Notes: generated by a model not told the origin, from the letters alone. Positions 12,326 to 25,207 are shown, numbered from the stretch's first letter. The stretch is DNA of 64,000 nt from Eledone cirrhosa (GCA_964016885.1 OZ024763.1:2604001-2668000); one strand, 5' to 3'. Program-made: numbers and translations.

Positions 12326-13663
12326 GTGATCACCAGTTTAATTAGATGACCTCAGTGTTGTGATCACCAGTTTAAATAGATGACCTCAGTGTTGTGATCA
12401 CCAGTTTAAATAGATGACCTCAGTGTTGTGATCACCAGTTTAAATAGATGACCTCAGTGTTGTCATCACCAGTTTAATTAGATGACCTCAGTGTTGTGAT
12501 CACCAGTTTAATTAGATGACCTCAGTGTTGTGATCACCAGTTTAATTAGATGACCTCAGTGTTGTGATCACCAGTTTTGTTTGATGACCTCAGTGTTGTG
12601 ATCACCAGTTTTGTTTGATGACCTCAGTGTTGTGATCACCAGTTTAAATAGATGACCTCAGTGTTGTGATCACCAGTTTAAATAGATGACCTCAGTGTTG
12701 TGATCACCAGTTTAATTAGATGACCTCAGTGTTGTGATCACCAGTTTTGTTTGATGACCTCAGTGTTGTGATCACCAGTTTAAATAGATGACCTCAGTGT
12801 TGTGATCACCAGTTTAAATAGATGACCTCAGTGTTGTGATCACCAGTTTAATTAGATGACCTCAGTGTTGTGATCACCAGTTTAAATAGATGACCTCAGT
12901 GTTGTGATCACCAGTTTAAATAGATGACCTCAGTGTTGTGATCACCAGTTTAAATAGATGACCTCAGTGTTGTGATCACCAGTTTAAATAGATGACCTCA
13001 GTGTTGTGATCACCAGTTTAAATAGATGACCTCAGTGTTGTGATCACCAGTTTAATTAGATGACCTCAGTGTTGTGATCACCAGTTTAATTAGATGACCT
13101 CAGTGTTGTGATCACCAGTTTTGTTTGATGACCTCAGTGTTGTGATCACCAGTTTAAATAGATGACCTCAGTGTTGTGATCACCAGTTTAAATAGATGAC
13201 CTCAGTGTTGTGATCACCAGTTTAAATAGATGACCTCAGTGTTGTGATCACCAGTTTAAATAGATGACCTCAGTGTTGTGATCACCAGTTTAAATAGATG
13301 ACCTCAGTGTTGTGATCACCAGTTTAATTAGATGACCTCAGTGTTGTGATCACCAGTTTTGTTTGATGACCTCAGTGTTGTGATCACCAGTTTAAATAGA
13401 TGACCTCAGTGTTGTGATCACCAGTTTAAATAGATGACCTCAGTGTTGTGATCACCAGTTTAATTAGATGACCTCAGTGTTGTGATCACCAGTTTAATTA
13501 GATGACCTCAGTGTTGTGATCACCAGTTTAATTAGATGACCTCAGTGTTGTGATCACCAGTTTAATTAGATGACCTCAGTGCTGTGATCACCAGTTTAAA
13601 TAGATGACCTCAGTGTTGTGATCACCAGTTTAAATAGATGACCTCAGTGTTGTGATCACCAGT
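12326..13663. repeat. 34-bp minisatellite, ~39 copies
   Basis: Unit GATCACCAGTTT(AAATA/AATTA/TGTTT)GATGACCTCAGTGTTGT. Confidence 0.97.
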
Positions 13664-13825
13664 GGCTTCTCAGATGATCAACCATTAATTTGACAATGGG
13701 TTGACACAACTGCTCCAGTTAGTGGTGAAATCTATGAGTATTTAGGTGTGGTGAACTGTATATATTCTAGATATTAAGAAAAACAAAATGAAAGCTTCAC
13801 CTCGGAAAGATTGACGACTCAAGAA

Positions 13826-14170
13826 GACACACACACACACACACACACATACACACACACATACATACATACATACATACATACATACATGCATATATAT
13901 TATACACACACACACACACATATATATATATTATACACACACACACACACACATATATATATTATACACACATATATATATATTATACACACATATATAT
14001 ATATTATACACACACATATATATATATTATACACACACATATATATATTATATGCACACACATACATACATATATATATATATTATACACACACACACAC
14101 ATATATATATATATATTATACACACATATATATATATTATACACACACACACACATATATATATTATATG

Positions 14171-14215
<45 letters not shown>

Positions 14216-14356
14216 CACATATATATATTATACACACACACACACATATATATATATTATATGCACACACATACATACATATATATATATATATATAAAA
14301 TACACATATATATATTATACACACACATACACATATATACATTATACACACATGCA
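13826..14356. repeat. (CA)n/(TA)n compound microsatellite
   Basis: Direct inspection. Confidence 0.95.
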
Positions 14357-14557
14357 CATCATTATCATCATCGTTTAACGTCCATTTCCCACGCTAGCAT
14401 GGGTTAGACAGCTTGTCCTATTTGATTCAAGTTCAGTCAGGTGACCGTGTCTTATTCATATAGATCTGTTATATTATACATTATACACCCCCCCCCCCCT
14501 CACATATATATATTTTTTATATATATACATGATATATATGTGTATATATTATATATA

Positions 14558-14742
14558 GTGGCGGATTGGCAATAACGGTAGAGTCGAAAACCATGCTTTG
14601 AAGCACAGAGTTACGGCCCTTTATGATCTGAGTTCAAATCGCGCCGAGGTTAACTTTGCCTTTCATCCTTACAGGGGTCGATAAAATAAAGTATACCAGT
14701 AATGTACTGGTTAATTGCTGGCCTTGTGCCAAAAATAGAAAC

Positions 14743-14747
<5 letters not shown>
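14558..14747 (+). mobile_element. SINE family B (tRNA-derived)
   Basis: B box GAGTTCAAATC and conserved central block GCCTTTCATCCTTACGGGGTCGATAAAATAAAGTACCAG; at least 8 copies in the window. Confidence 0.88.
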
Positions 14748-14811
<64 letters not shown>

Positions 14812-15183
14812 ACAGTTGAAATATAATTTGAGTTTTATTTGGCTGCTATTTCTAGCAATTTGAGTGACCACCTAACGACCCCCCTTTTCCCCCCACCTTC
14901 TCTCCACCTTGCTTTAACTCCTCCTTAAGGCAACAACCTCTCATACAATATGGCGGATGTGTACATGTACTGGATATTACTGGGTGTTGGATCTGATGTC
15001 TATGTAAATATGTGTAGGTGTGTATATATAGGAGTATATATAGGAGTATATATATATTTTAGGATAGGCATCCCTCTATATACAACACAATACTATACAA
15101 TATATGGCCAACATATGTCCTTTTTGTGGCTTTTGTTGTTGTTGTTGTTGTTGTTGTTAAAATGTCTAATTACAATGTTTGTG

Positions 15184-15223
15184 ATATATATATGTATGTA
15201 TATATATATGTATATATATATAC

Positions 15224-15271
<48 letters not shown>

Positions 15272-15383
15272 GTATATATGTATATGTATATATGTGTATA
15301 TATATATATGTATATGTATATGTATATGTATATATATACATATATATATACATATATACATATATATATATATACATATATAC

Positions 15384-15426
<43 letters not shown>

Positions 15427-15516
15427 TATACATATATATACATATATATATATACATATATATACATATATATACATATATATATATTTATATACATATA
15501 TATATATATGTATATG

Positions 15517-15566
<50 letters not shown>
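15184..15566. repeat. (TA)n-rich microsatellite
   Basis: Direct inspection. Confidence 0.95.
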
Positions 15567-15698
15567 TTAGGTTCTGCAAGAAATGCCTTTTTATGATGTC
15601 TACCTGTTTTATTAATCATTCTTTATATATATTTCTTCTTTGTATACACTGTTAAAATATTCATCACACCAAAGTAAATATCTGTATATATAATATAT

Positions 15699-15773
15699 AC
15701 ACTGTCCCCCAAAAATGTATACACATTTCATTAGAATGCTGTTGAAGTGTGTATGCACTTTTGGGACACCCTC
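15699..15773. mobile_element. ~80-bp Tc1/mariner-type MITE
   Basis: Ends CAC/AGGGTGTCCC...GGGACACCCT; related copies at 15800-15834, 46314-46392 and 56008-56110. Confidence 0.65.
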
Positions 15774-15892
15774 TGTGTGTGTGTGTATATATATGTGTTC
15801 AGGGCGTCCCAAAAAATGTATACATACTTCAACATATATATTTATATTATATATATTCTGTGTTTTATTCGTTCATTTTCAACAATACATAT

Positions 15893-16499
15893 ATCATCAT
15901 CATCATCGTTTTGCATCCATTTTTCCACGCTAGCATGGGTTAGACGAGTTGTCCTATGGTGGGCAGTGTCAGGTCGGCTGACCTTGTCTTACTCATTTAG
16001 AACTGATTTGGACTTGGTTTCTACAGCTGGATGCCCTTCCTAACACCAAACCTCTTTGACAGTGAGTACTGGGTGTTTTTTAATCATGACACCTACATGA
16101 CCACTTTACAGTGTGGACTGGGTGCTTTTTATCGTGACACCTACATGATCACTTTACAGAGTGGACTGGGTGCTTTTTGTCGTGACACCTACATGACCAC
16201 TTTACAGTGTGGACTAGGTGCTTTTTATCGTGACATCTACATGATCACTTTACAGTGTCGACTGGGTGCTTTTTATCGTGACATCTACATGATCACTTTA
16301 CAGTGTGGACTGGGTGCTTTTTATCGTGACACCTACATGACCACTTTACAGTGTGGACTGGGTGCTTTTCATTGTGACACCTACATGATCACTTTACAGA
16401 GTGGAGTGGGTGCTTTTTGTCATGACACCTACATGATCACTTTACAGTGTGGACTGGGTGCTTTTTATCGTGACACCTACATGATCACTTTACAGTGTG
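15893..16499 (-). mobile_element. RTE-tailed SINE/3'UTR fragment with internal 48-bp minisatellite (~8.5 copies)
   Basis: Same unit as in 2330-2828. Confidence 0.85.
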
Positions 16500-17050
16500 T
16501 ATATATATATACACAGGGTGTATATATATATATATATACACTGTATACAGGATGTATATATATATATATATACATACACCCTATAAGGTGGTAGTGCTGG
16601 TTCCACAACACAATGTTCCCTGTACACTCTGTAAAGTGGTTGGCATTAGGAAAAGCATCTAACTATAGAAAGCCATAGTTTTTTTCATCTTCTTCATTGG
16701 CACCACCCGACACCCCCTATCTCTTCCTGACACCACCACCCGACCCCCACCTCATCCTGACCCCCCACCCACCCCCATCTCTCCCTAACATCCTCCACAC
16801 CTCTCTCTCTCCCTTACACTCCCAACTCCCCCCATACCATGCCCTACCCTACACTATCTCTACAGTTCTCCTCAATCTGATTATACCAGACACACACCAC
16901 TTAGCTTCATTTCTCTAGTTTAATTTGGTATCACTTTCTGATTGTACTAATTCACACAGACTGACAGACAGACAGACTGACAGACAGACAGACTGACTGA
17001 CTGATAGACAGACAGATAGACTGATAGACAGATAGAGAGAGAGAGAGATA

Positions 17051-17946
17051 TGTTTCTTTATTAGCCACAGGGGCACAAAAGAAGGGGACAAATACAAAGG
17101 GGGAAGTTTACATACAATAAAAACGTGTAAAATATTATCACAAATGCAATTAAAAACATTAGTCGATTTTCCCCAATAGGGGAAGACAGTTCATATGGGT
17201 AACACATACCCCCGAAAAAATGTGCAACCCTCATCTCCAGGAGTACGAAGAGTGAGTACCCCTTTCCTCTCTTCCTCCTTTTCCTCAACCTACAGGCTGA
17301 TATAGAGAGAAGGCCCATTCACTCGGGCCATTCTCGCCATTTTCACCCACCTTTCATAAAACTTGCTGGGGTACAGTACCTCTCTCTCCATCCTGATTCT
17401 TCTTCCAAAGTGGTATTTGAATAAAAGAATCAGTTGTTGGCCGGAGAGAAAGGTGTCTGACCTCAGCCCTTTCAACCTTGTCCACCATACAACCTCTTTC
17501 GCCATAGCTATCACACAAAAGAAAACCGCCTCTCCTTCGTTTTTGAAGGAGGGTGGCGGTTTGATCATGACAATGGACTCGGTGGTCAACCAGATTGGTC
17601 CCACCCGCGACAATAGTCGTTCTACATAGCCCCACAGGTCAGTGACGCCCGGGCAGTGTATGAATGCGTGCGCGACGGTTTCTTCGTTACGCACGCACCT
17701 CGGACAGATCTTTTTTGCAGGGTCCCTGCCCGGGCGCCCATGTCTGTAGAGCTTGTCTCGAACTGGTAGAGCTCCTCGGTAGCACTGCCAGGCCAGGGAC
17801 TTTTGGAAGTTGTCCATCGGTCCTGGGCGGAAGGTCCTACCGAACAGACTGGCCAGTTCATCTTCCTCTACGCCTAGAGTTTCACCGAGCACACCGAGCA
17901 CGTCGTCGCACTTGCTGCGGATCAACCCTCTATAGAATGACGAACT
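17051..17946 (-). mobile_element. Tx1/L1-clade non-LTR retrotransposon, 5'-truncated (ORF2 C-terminus plus 3'UTR)
   Basis: Open frame 17946-17290 with zf-RVT motif LPVRDKL...CPRC...EETVAHAFIHC; 3'UTR ends AATAAAGAAACA. Confidence 0.9.
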
Positions 17947-17958
17947 GATAGATAGATA

Positions 17959-18265
17959 TGTTTCTTTATTAGCCACAGGGGCACAAAAGAAGGGGACAAA
18001 TACAAAGGGGGAAGTTTACATACAATAAAAACGTGTAAAATATTATCACAAATGCAATTTAAAAAGTTAGTCGATAGGGGGAGACAGTTCATATGGGTAA
18101 CACATACCCCCGAAAAAATGTGCAACCCTCATCTCCAGGAGTACGAAGAGTTTGTACTCCTTTCCTCTCCTCCCCCTTTTCTTCAACCTACAGGCTGATA
18201 TAGAGAGAAGGCCCATTCACTGGGGCCATTCTCGCCACTTTCACCCACCTTTCATAAAACTTGCT
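17959..18265 (-). mobile_element. Second tandem Tx1 3' fragment
   Basis: SKFYERWVKVARMAPVNGPSLYISL* plus the same 3'UTR as 17051-17290. Confidence 0.9.
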
Positions 18266-18666
18266 GATAGATAGATAGATAGATAGATACAGAGAGAGAG
18301 ATAGACTGATGGACTGACTGATAGACAGACAGACAGATAGATAGATAGATAGATAGAGAGAGAGATAGACAGAGATAGAGAGAGGTAGACAGATAGGTAG
18401 AGACATACAGAGAGAGAGAGAGAGAGAGAGAGGCTGACAGAGAGACAGACAGAGAGATGGGCTGGTTAATAGACAGACAGGTAGATAGCCAGACAGACAG
18501 ACTGATAGACAGATAGAGAGACAGACAGACACAGACAGAGATGGGCTGGGTGACAGACAGACAGGTGGTAACCCCCCCCCCCCCCACCCCCCACCATCCC
18601 CACAGGACTAATATCTTCAACACCCTACAGCTATAAGGTGAAGAGTTCACAATAATAGGGGTACGA

Positions 18667-19045
18667 TTTCTTCTTTTTCTTCTTCTTTTTCTTCTTCTTT
18701 TTCTTCTTCTTCTTTTCCTCCTTCTTTTCCTTTTCCTTCTTTTCCTTTATTTTTTTTTCTTTTCCTTTTTCCTTTTTCTTCTTTTTCTCCTCCTCCTTTT
18801 CCTTCTTCTTCTTTTCCTTTTTCTTTTCCTTCTTTTTCTTCTTTTCCTTCTTTTCCTTCTTTTTCTTCCTTTCCTTCTTTTGCTCCTTCTTTTCCTTCTT
18901 TTCCTTCTTCTTCTTTTCCTTCTTTTCCTTTTTCTTCCCCCCTCCTCCTTTTCCTTCTTCTTTTCCTTTTCCTTCTCCTTCTTTTCCTTTTTCTTCTCCC
19001 CCTCCTCCTTTTCCTTCTTCTTTTCCTTCTCCCCCCCCCCCTCCA
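18667..19045. repeat. Polypyrimidine (CTT/CTTTT)n tract
   Basis: Direct inspection. Confidence 0.95.
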
Positions 19046-19566
19046 CCTCCCCACAACAACAATAACAGTTATGACAATGTTGTAGTTCCTGCTGTTTTAG
19101 TCACTTAAATTTGATTCCATTTAAGTAATTGAAGCTATATTATTTTGAAAGCAAACACTTTTATTTAATGTCCTTTTTTAAAATAATTTCATTTTATTTT
19201 ATTTAGCTATTATATTTATCATTATTATATTTATCATTATTATATTTATCATTATTATTGTTATTATTATTTATTAATTTTTTGTCTAGTAAAATTTCAG
19301 TTTACAATTTCCATAAAATTCATAAATTTCCTCTTTCCCATCACCTCCCCCTCCCCCCACCACGCCTTAGTCATGACTCCCGCCCACCCTCCACTTCTGT
19401 TCTTTGAAAACAACAAAGACTCTCTGTGTGAGTGAGTGAGTGAGTGTGTGTGGGGGTGGTGGGAGAAGGTGGAGGACTCTTTTAGTGTCACACAAGGCAG
19501 GGGAGACAAAATTGACACCATGATAAAATGCACCCAGTACACTCTGTGAATCCTGTCTGATTGATA

Positions 19567-19600
<34 letters not shown>

Positions 19601-19612
19601 TATCAATCAGAC

Positions 19613-19660
19613 AGGAGCTTCCTGAAGAATTGAAACAGTACTAGTCCTGTAGAAGCTCCT
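19613..19660 (+). ncRNA. Type I hammerhead motif (family H3) with collapsed stem II
   Basis: AGGAGCTTC-CTGAAGA-ATT-GAA-ACAG-TACTAGTC-CTGT-A|GAAGCTCCT: perfect 9-bp stem I, 4-bp stem III, GUA cleavage site. Confidence 0.75.
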
Positions 19661-19744
19661 TCTATAAAATAAAAAAATGTTTACTCTGCCATGTATTGAG
19701 TACCTTACTTACTGTGGTTATCCCCGACTCAACCCGGGACCTAC

Positions 19745-19810
<66 letters not shown>

Positions 19811-19828
19811 TATTTGTTATCCATAACA

Positions 19829-19894
19829 TCTATCTGATGACTGGGCCAGACATATATTATTATTGTCTGGGATCCTGAAACCTTTGGTAATGGA
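19829..19894 (+). ncRNA. Type I hammerhead ribozyme motif (family H4)
   Basis: TCTAT-CTGATGA-CTGGG CCAGACA...TGTCTGG GATCCT-GAAA-CC TTT GG-TA|ATGGA. Confidence 0.75.
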
Positions 19895-19988
19895 GTAGTT
19901 ATATTTTGTGTTGTTCACTTTCTAATTAAATAGCTCTGTTTTATACATAGAGCACTCTTTTTTCCTTTGCTTTTTCTTTGGAATTACC

Positions 19989-20046
<58 letters not shown>

Positions 20047-20096
20047 CTCTCCACCACTCCCCTACACACCCTTTGAACTCTGTTCCCACATACTTC

Positions 20097-20131
20097 TCAC
20101 CTGAGGAAGGGCTTATGCCCAAAACGTCGTT
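20097..20131 (+). ncRNA. Degenerate minimal hammerhead motif (family H7)
   Basis: CTGAGGA-A-GGGC TTAT GCCC-AAAA-CG-TC (G12A); downstream AGCGTGAAATTAATAA tail shared with the 21154 and 31745 copies. Confidence 0.45.
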
Positions 20132-20220
20132 CCCCACCACCACCCCACTCTCCAGAGCGTGAAATTAATAAACATTCATTGTACTGCCTCTCTGTTTTGT
20201 TCCTGTTCAAATTTTTCCAT

Positions 20221-20254
<34 letters not shown>

Positions 20255-20353
20255 TACAAGAGGATCACCTCCAATAATGAAATTTACATTCAGATGTTAA
20301 CATCATGAAACTTAAAGTAGTCTGAAAATATATTCCTAACTGCCATCTATTGA

Positions 20354-20965
20354 CCCTTTAGCATTTAAACTGGTCATATCCAGCCAGAATCCTCTCACCT
20401 CTTTCTGTTCAAACAGGCTGTAACTGGCTGCTCATACTTCTGTTAAGGTATTGTTCTCAAAATAAAATAATATCAAAATCTCATAGATTCAATATTATGT
20501 GAGGTAAAGCCTTTACCATGAAAATACAATAGTATATATAGAGTAATGTAAATGTTATGTGCGGTAAAGCCTTTACTGTGAAAATACACTAGTAAATATA
20601 GAGTAATGTAAATGTTATGTGAGATATTATGTGAGATAAAGCCTTTACCATGAAAATACACTAGTAAATATAGAGTAATGTAAATGTTATGTGAGATAAA
20701 GCCTTTACCATGAAAATACACTAGTAAATATAGAGTAATGTAAATGTTATGTGAGGTATTATGTGAAGTAAAGCCTTTACCATGAAATTACAATAGTATA
20801 TATAGAGTAATGTAAATGTTATGTGAGGTAAAGCCTTTATGGTGAAAATACAATAGTATATATAGAGTAATGTAAATGTTATGTGAGATATTATGTGAGG
20901 TAAAGCCTTTATGGTGAAAATACAATAGTATATATAGAGTAATGTAAATGTTATGTCAGATATTA
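20354..20965 (+). mobile_element. TTAA/CCCTTT-ended (piggyBac-like) MITE whose distal part is expanded into a ~61-72-bp minisatellite (~20495-20965)
   Basis: 20354-20540 matches 23560-23757 in reverse complement; ~7 tandem copies of GTAAAGCCTTTACCATGAAAATAC...AGAGTAATGTAAATGTTATGTGAG. Confidence 0.75.
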
Positions 20966-21153
20966 TATAATAACACATGACCTCTAAATTTACATATGAA
21001 TGGTTCTGTCATAATTATAATTTCATACTCTGGTAAAGTTCCAAGAGATGATGACATGAAATAGACCGGTTTTTTCTCTGAGGAATATTTTACTATTTCT
21101 GTCACTGCTTACTCTCCACAGTCTTTCTCTTTCTTCTTTAATCTCTCATTCTT

Positions 21154-21189
21154 TCTTCTGATAAAGGACTAGCATCCGAAACATTAAGA
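21154..21189 (+). ncRNA. Degenerate minimal hammerhead motif (family H7)
   Basis: TCTT-CTGATAA-A-GGA CTAGCA TCC-GAAA-CA-TT|AAGA (G8A). Confidence 0.45.
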
Positions 21190-21296
21190 CTCTTTCCCTA
21201 CTATATCAAGCGTTAAACTAATAATATATTTCTTCATTATACTGTGTTGTTTGCTTTGCTATTTCTATTTTCCTTTTGCATATATATATATATATA

Positions 21297-21596
21297 TGTA
21301 GGCAACATGGTAAAAACCTCCCAGCCCCACACTGTAAATGTGGTTGGTGTTAGGAAGGGCATCCAGCTGTAGAAAACCCGCCAGACAGTCCACGCTGTAA
21401 TGTGGCCGTGTAGGCAACACGGTAAAAACCTCCCAGCCCCACACTGTAAATGTGGTTGGTGTTAGGAAGGGCATCCAACTGTAGAAAACCCGCCAGACAG
21501 TCCTATGCGAGCAAGACAACCACTCTTGCCTCAAGTGGGAAAACCCCCGTCCAAACCCATGCAAGCGTGGAACACGGACGCTAAACCTGATGATGA

Positions 21597-21600
<4 letters not shown>
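21297..21600 (+). mobile_element. RTE family 2 3'UTR fragment with internal duplication
   Basis: Matches 34337-34535; (TGA)n tail. Confidence 0.85.
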
Positions 21601-21632
<32 letters not shown>

Positions 21633-22025
21633 TGAAATGAAATGAAATGATATATATATATACACACACACACACACATATATATATGGATATATATGTG
21701 TGTGTGTCTATATATATAGATGTATATATTTAAGATCTTATCTCATGTTTGTAACCAAGTTCTTTATGAAGTCAAGATATATTATAAATCATCAGACTTC
21801 CAAGACATACCTTACATCTATCTAGCAATCCATCTGTCACATATATATATGTGTGTGTGTGTATATATACACACATATATATATATACATATATGTGTGT
21901 GTATATATATATATATATACATACACATGCACATTATATTATATATACATTTGACCAGACCACACCTATTATAGTTATGCCATGAAAAATATGCATGTTC
22001 TATGAGAAAAGAGAACTAAATAGCA

Positions 22026-22764
22026 TGTAGTAGTAGTAGTAGTAGTATTGGTAGTATTAGTAGTGGTAGTGGTGGTAGTAGTAGTAGTACTAGTAGTGGT
22101 GGTGGTAGTAGTAGTAGTACTAGTAGTGGTGGTGGTGGTGGTAGTAGTAGTGGTGGTGGTGGTAGTGGTGGTAGTAGTAGTACTAGTAGTGGTGGTGGTG
22201 GTGGTAGTAGTAGTACTAGTAGTGGTGGTGGTGGTAGTAGTAGCAGCAACAGTAGTAGTAGCAGCAGCTGTAGTAGTAGTAGTAGTAGTAGTAGTATTGG
22301 TAGTATTAGTAGTGGTAGTGGTGGTAGTAGTAGTAGTAGTGGTGGTGGTGGTGGTAGTAGTAGTAGTACTAGTAGTGGTGGTGGTGGTGGTAGTAGTAGT
22401 GGTGGTGGTGGTAGTGGTGGTAGTAGTAGTACTAGTAGTGGTGGTGGTGGTAGTAGTAGTACTAGTAGTGGTGGTGGTGGTAGTAGTAGTAGCAGCAACA
22501 GTAGTAGTAGCAGCAGCTGTAGTAGTAGTAGTAGTAGTAGTAGTAGTATTGGTAGTATTAGTAGTGGTAGTAGTATTAGTAGTGGTAGTGGTGGTAGTAG
22601 TAGTACTATTAGTGGTGGTGGTGGTAGTAGTAGTAGTACTAGTAGTGGTGGTGGTAGTAGTAGCAGCAGCTGTAGTAGTAGCAGCAGCTGTAGTAGTAGC
22701 AGCAGCTGTAGTAGTAGTAGTAGTAGTAATAGCAGCAGCAGTAGTAGTAGTAGTAATCGTCGTC

Positions 22765-22803
<39 letters not shown>

Positions 22804-22882
22804 ATAGCAGCAGCAGTAGTAGTAGTAGTAATCGTAGTAGTAGTAGTAGTAATAGCAGCGGCAGTAGTAGTAGTAGTAGTAT
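22026..22882. repeat. (GTA)n/(GTG)n/(GCA)n trinucleotide array with higher-order duplication
   Basis: Direct inspection. Confidence 0.95.
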
Positions 22883-23192
22883 ATAAGTATATAAACATTA
22901 TCTGGTTCCACCTGGCCTTCAAGAATGAAATGTAAGTGTTTAACAGAACCGTGATCAGGAAACATGTTCACAATCCACACATACCAGGGAATACTTCCAA
23001 CCTGAACCTACAAGTTATCTCAGTAACATGAGAAATAGGACTATAATGTACACCAAAAGTTTAATATTTACTGCTATAATGGTTATTTATATTGGCATAG
23101 CTCCACAGATCTGTATACAATTGTCGATTTAATCAAAAATGTTAGAGACTGTATATTTCTGATTAACCCTATACTTACCAAATTTATATTAA

Positions 23193-23757
23193 CCCTTTAG
23201 CATCCACATTACTCTCATCATTCATTTCATTTCATTTTATGTCCGCTTTTCCCTGCTTGCAAGGGTGGGACGGGAACTGATTCTGGCTTGATTTCTACAG
23301 CTGGATGCCCTTCCTAACACCAACCTCATTTACAGTGAGTGCTGGGTGCTTTTTTTTTTGCCGTGGCACCTACACGACCACTTTGCAGTGGAATGATAGG
23401 GGCCCCAGTCCCTATCATCTCATTTCTACAGCTGAGTAAACTGGAACAATGTGAAATAAAGTGTCTTGCTCAAGGAAACAACACATCACCCGGTCTGAGA
23501 ATTGAACTCACAACCTTTCGATTGCAAGGCCAATGCTCTAACCACTAAGCCATGTACTCTATATATACTATTATATTTTCATGGTAAAGGCTTTACCTCG
23601 CATAATTATGTCACATAATATCAAATCTATGTGATTTTGAAAGTATTCATTTTGAGAACAATACCTTAACATCAGTTTGAGTGACCAGTTGCAGCCAGTT
23701 TCAACAGAGAAAGGTTGAGAATTCTGGCCGGTTTTGGCCGGTTTGAACATTAAAGGG
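23193..23757. mobile_element. piggyBac-like MITE with TTAA target duplications, interrupted by a SINE
   Basis: TTAA|CCCTTTAGCAT (TTAA at 23189) and CATTAAAGGG|TTAA (TTAA ends 23761). Confidence 0.7.
23216..23554 (-). mobile_element. Near full-length SINE family A with TACTCT target-site duplication
   Basis: TACTCT at 23210-23215 and 23555-23560. Confidence 0.9.
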
Positions 23758-23832
23758 TTAAAAGACACTGTATAGACACAGTTCTACATATTTGTATACA
23801 AGTGTGTATAAATATATAAATATATATATATG

Positions 23833-24001
23833 CTGTATTTCCCGGCACCAAAGATGCTTCGTCCTCGATGACACACCCTAATTTTGACAACTAAAAATTT
23901 TAAAAACAATAATAAACAACCTTTGACCTCACGGACGCATGGTAGATTTTTGAGACTTATTTTAAGAAAAAAAATAGCGTCTTTGACGCTGGGAAATACG
24001 G
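23833..24001. mobile_element. Tc1/mariner-superfamily (pogo/Tc2-like) MITE
   Basis: TIRs CTGTATTTCCCGGCACCAAAGATGCT / AGCGTCTTTGACGCTGGGAAATACGG|TA. Confidence 0.7.
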
Positions 24002-24011
24002 TATATATCAT

Positions 24012-24192
24012 AATCATTATCATCATCAATTAACGCATCTTCCATGCTTGCATGGGTTAGACGGGTCTCATTTAGGGGCAAGTTGGGTCGGGTGACCGTG
24101 TCTCACTCATATAGGGATGTTTCTGGCTGTTTTTCTACGGCTGGATGCCCTTCCTAATGCCAACCACATTGACTGTGTGTGCTGGGTGCTAT
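24012..24192 (-). mobile_element. RTE-tailed SINE 3' fragment
   Basis: CCATGCTTGCATGGGTTAGACGG...GGCTGGATGCCCTTCCTAATGCCAACC. Confidence 0.8.
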
Positions 24193-24606
24193 ATTGAGAG
24201 AGAGAGAGAGAATCTGCGATGCTGAGACCTGGGAGATCACTAATCATGGGAGTACTCAATACACGGGTAGATGCTGAGTGGGTTTAGAGATATGTAGAAT
24301 CCCAACCGCGACACCAAGCAGTTTTAGCTTGTGTGTTCAGCAATACTTTTCAAGGTTTGTTTCAAAGATTCTGTTAAGGGTGAAAGCAGCGATTCTTTGC
24401 TTAAACTCTAATCTGTTATTTTAATAAATATTTGCTCTACAGGTGTTTATATTTATATATATTTTATATATTTATGTATATAATCCTTATCAAGCCCTCT
24501 TCGGATTTTAGTCTTCACATTTATTATTATTAGTATATATATATATAGTAATAATAATAAATTTATAAGAACCGTAGAGCAAATATTTATTAAAATAACA
24601 GATTAA

Positions 24607-24657
24607 AGTTTAAGCAAAGAATCGCTGCTTTCGCCCTTAACGGGATCTTCTGAAACT
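24607..24657 (-). ncRNA. Hammerhead-like motif with CAGAAGA core (family H2)
   Basis: Minus strand AGTTT-CAGAAGA-TCCC GTTAA GGGC-GAA-AGCA-GCGATTCTT-TGCT-T|AAACT. Confidence 0.65.
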
Positions 24658-24699
24658 AACAAAGTCAATCTGTAAACGCAGACGTGGATATTTTTTGTT

Positions 24700-24750
24700 A
24701 GTTTCAGAAGATCCCTTTAAGGGTGAAAGCAGTGATTCTTTGCTTAAACT
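24700..24750 (+). ncRNA. Hammerhead-like motif with CAGAAGA core (family H2)
   Basis: AGTTT-CAGAAGA-TCCCT TTA AGGGT-GAA-AGCA-GTGATTCTT-TGCT-T|AAACT. Confidence 0.65.
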
Positions 24751-24789
24751 TTAATCTGTTATTTAAATAAATAAATATATATATATCAA

Positions 24790-24842
24790 GGGCGGTGCCC
24801 CAGCATGGCCTCAGCCGGATGGCTGAAACAAGTAAAAGAGTA
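24790..24842 (+). mobile_element. Short SINE 3' tail fragment
   Basis: GGCGGTGCCCCAGCATGGCCTCAGCCGGATGGCTGAAACAAGTAAAAGAG; also at 41668-41712 and, diverged, at ~43428-43472. Confidence 0.6.
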
Positions 24843-25018
24843 TATATATCAAAGCGTTTGTTTTGAAGATGGCAATTGGAGTTTGAAATTAGTAGATAGA
24901 AGTTTTCACCATATTTTGATTAAATAAAGTTACTCTGATAGTTGGGTTTTTAAAACTCTCTAAATGGAAAAGTATGTGTATTGACATAATACAGCGCAAG
25001 CTTCTATTTATTAATTTC

Positions 25019-25207
25019 ACGGTGGATTGGCAGTATCGGTAGAGGGTCGGACGCCATGCTTTGACGCAAAGAGTTACGGCCCTTGCCATTCTGAGTTCCA
25101 ATCCCGCCGAGGTTAACTTTGCCTTTCATCCTTACGGAGTCGATAAAATAAAATACCAGTAATGTACTGGGTAATTGCTGGCCTTGTGCCAAAAGTAGAA
25201 ACAATTA
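25019..25207 (+). mobile_element. SINE family B
   Basis: Full match to 14558-14747. Confidence 0.88.

Noticed and set aside
12326-13663. CRISPR array (34-bp repeat)
   Set aside because: Repeats are directly adjacent with no unique spacers.
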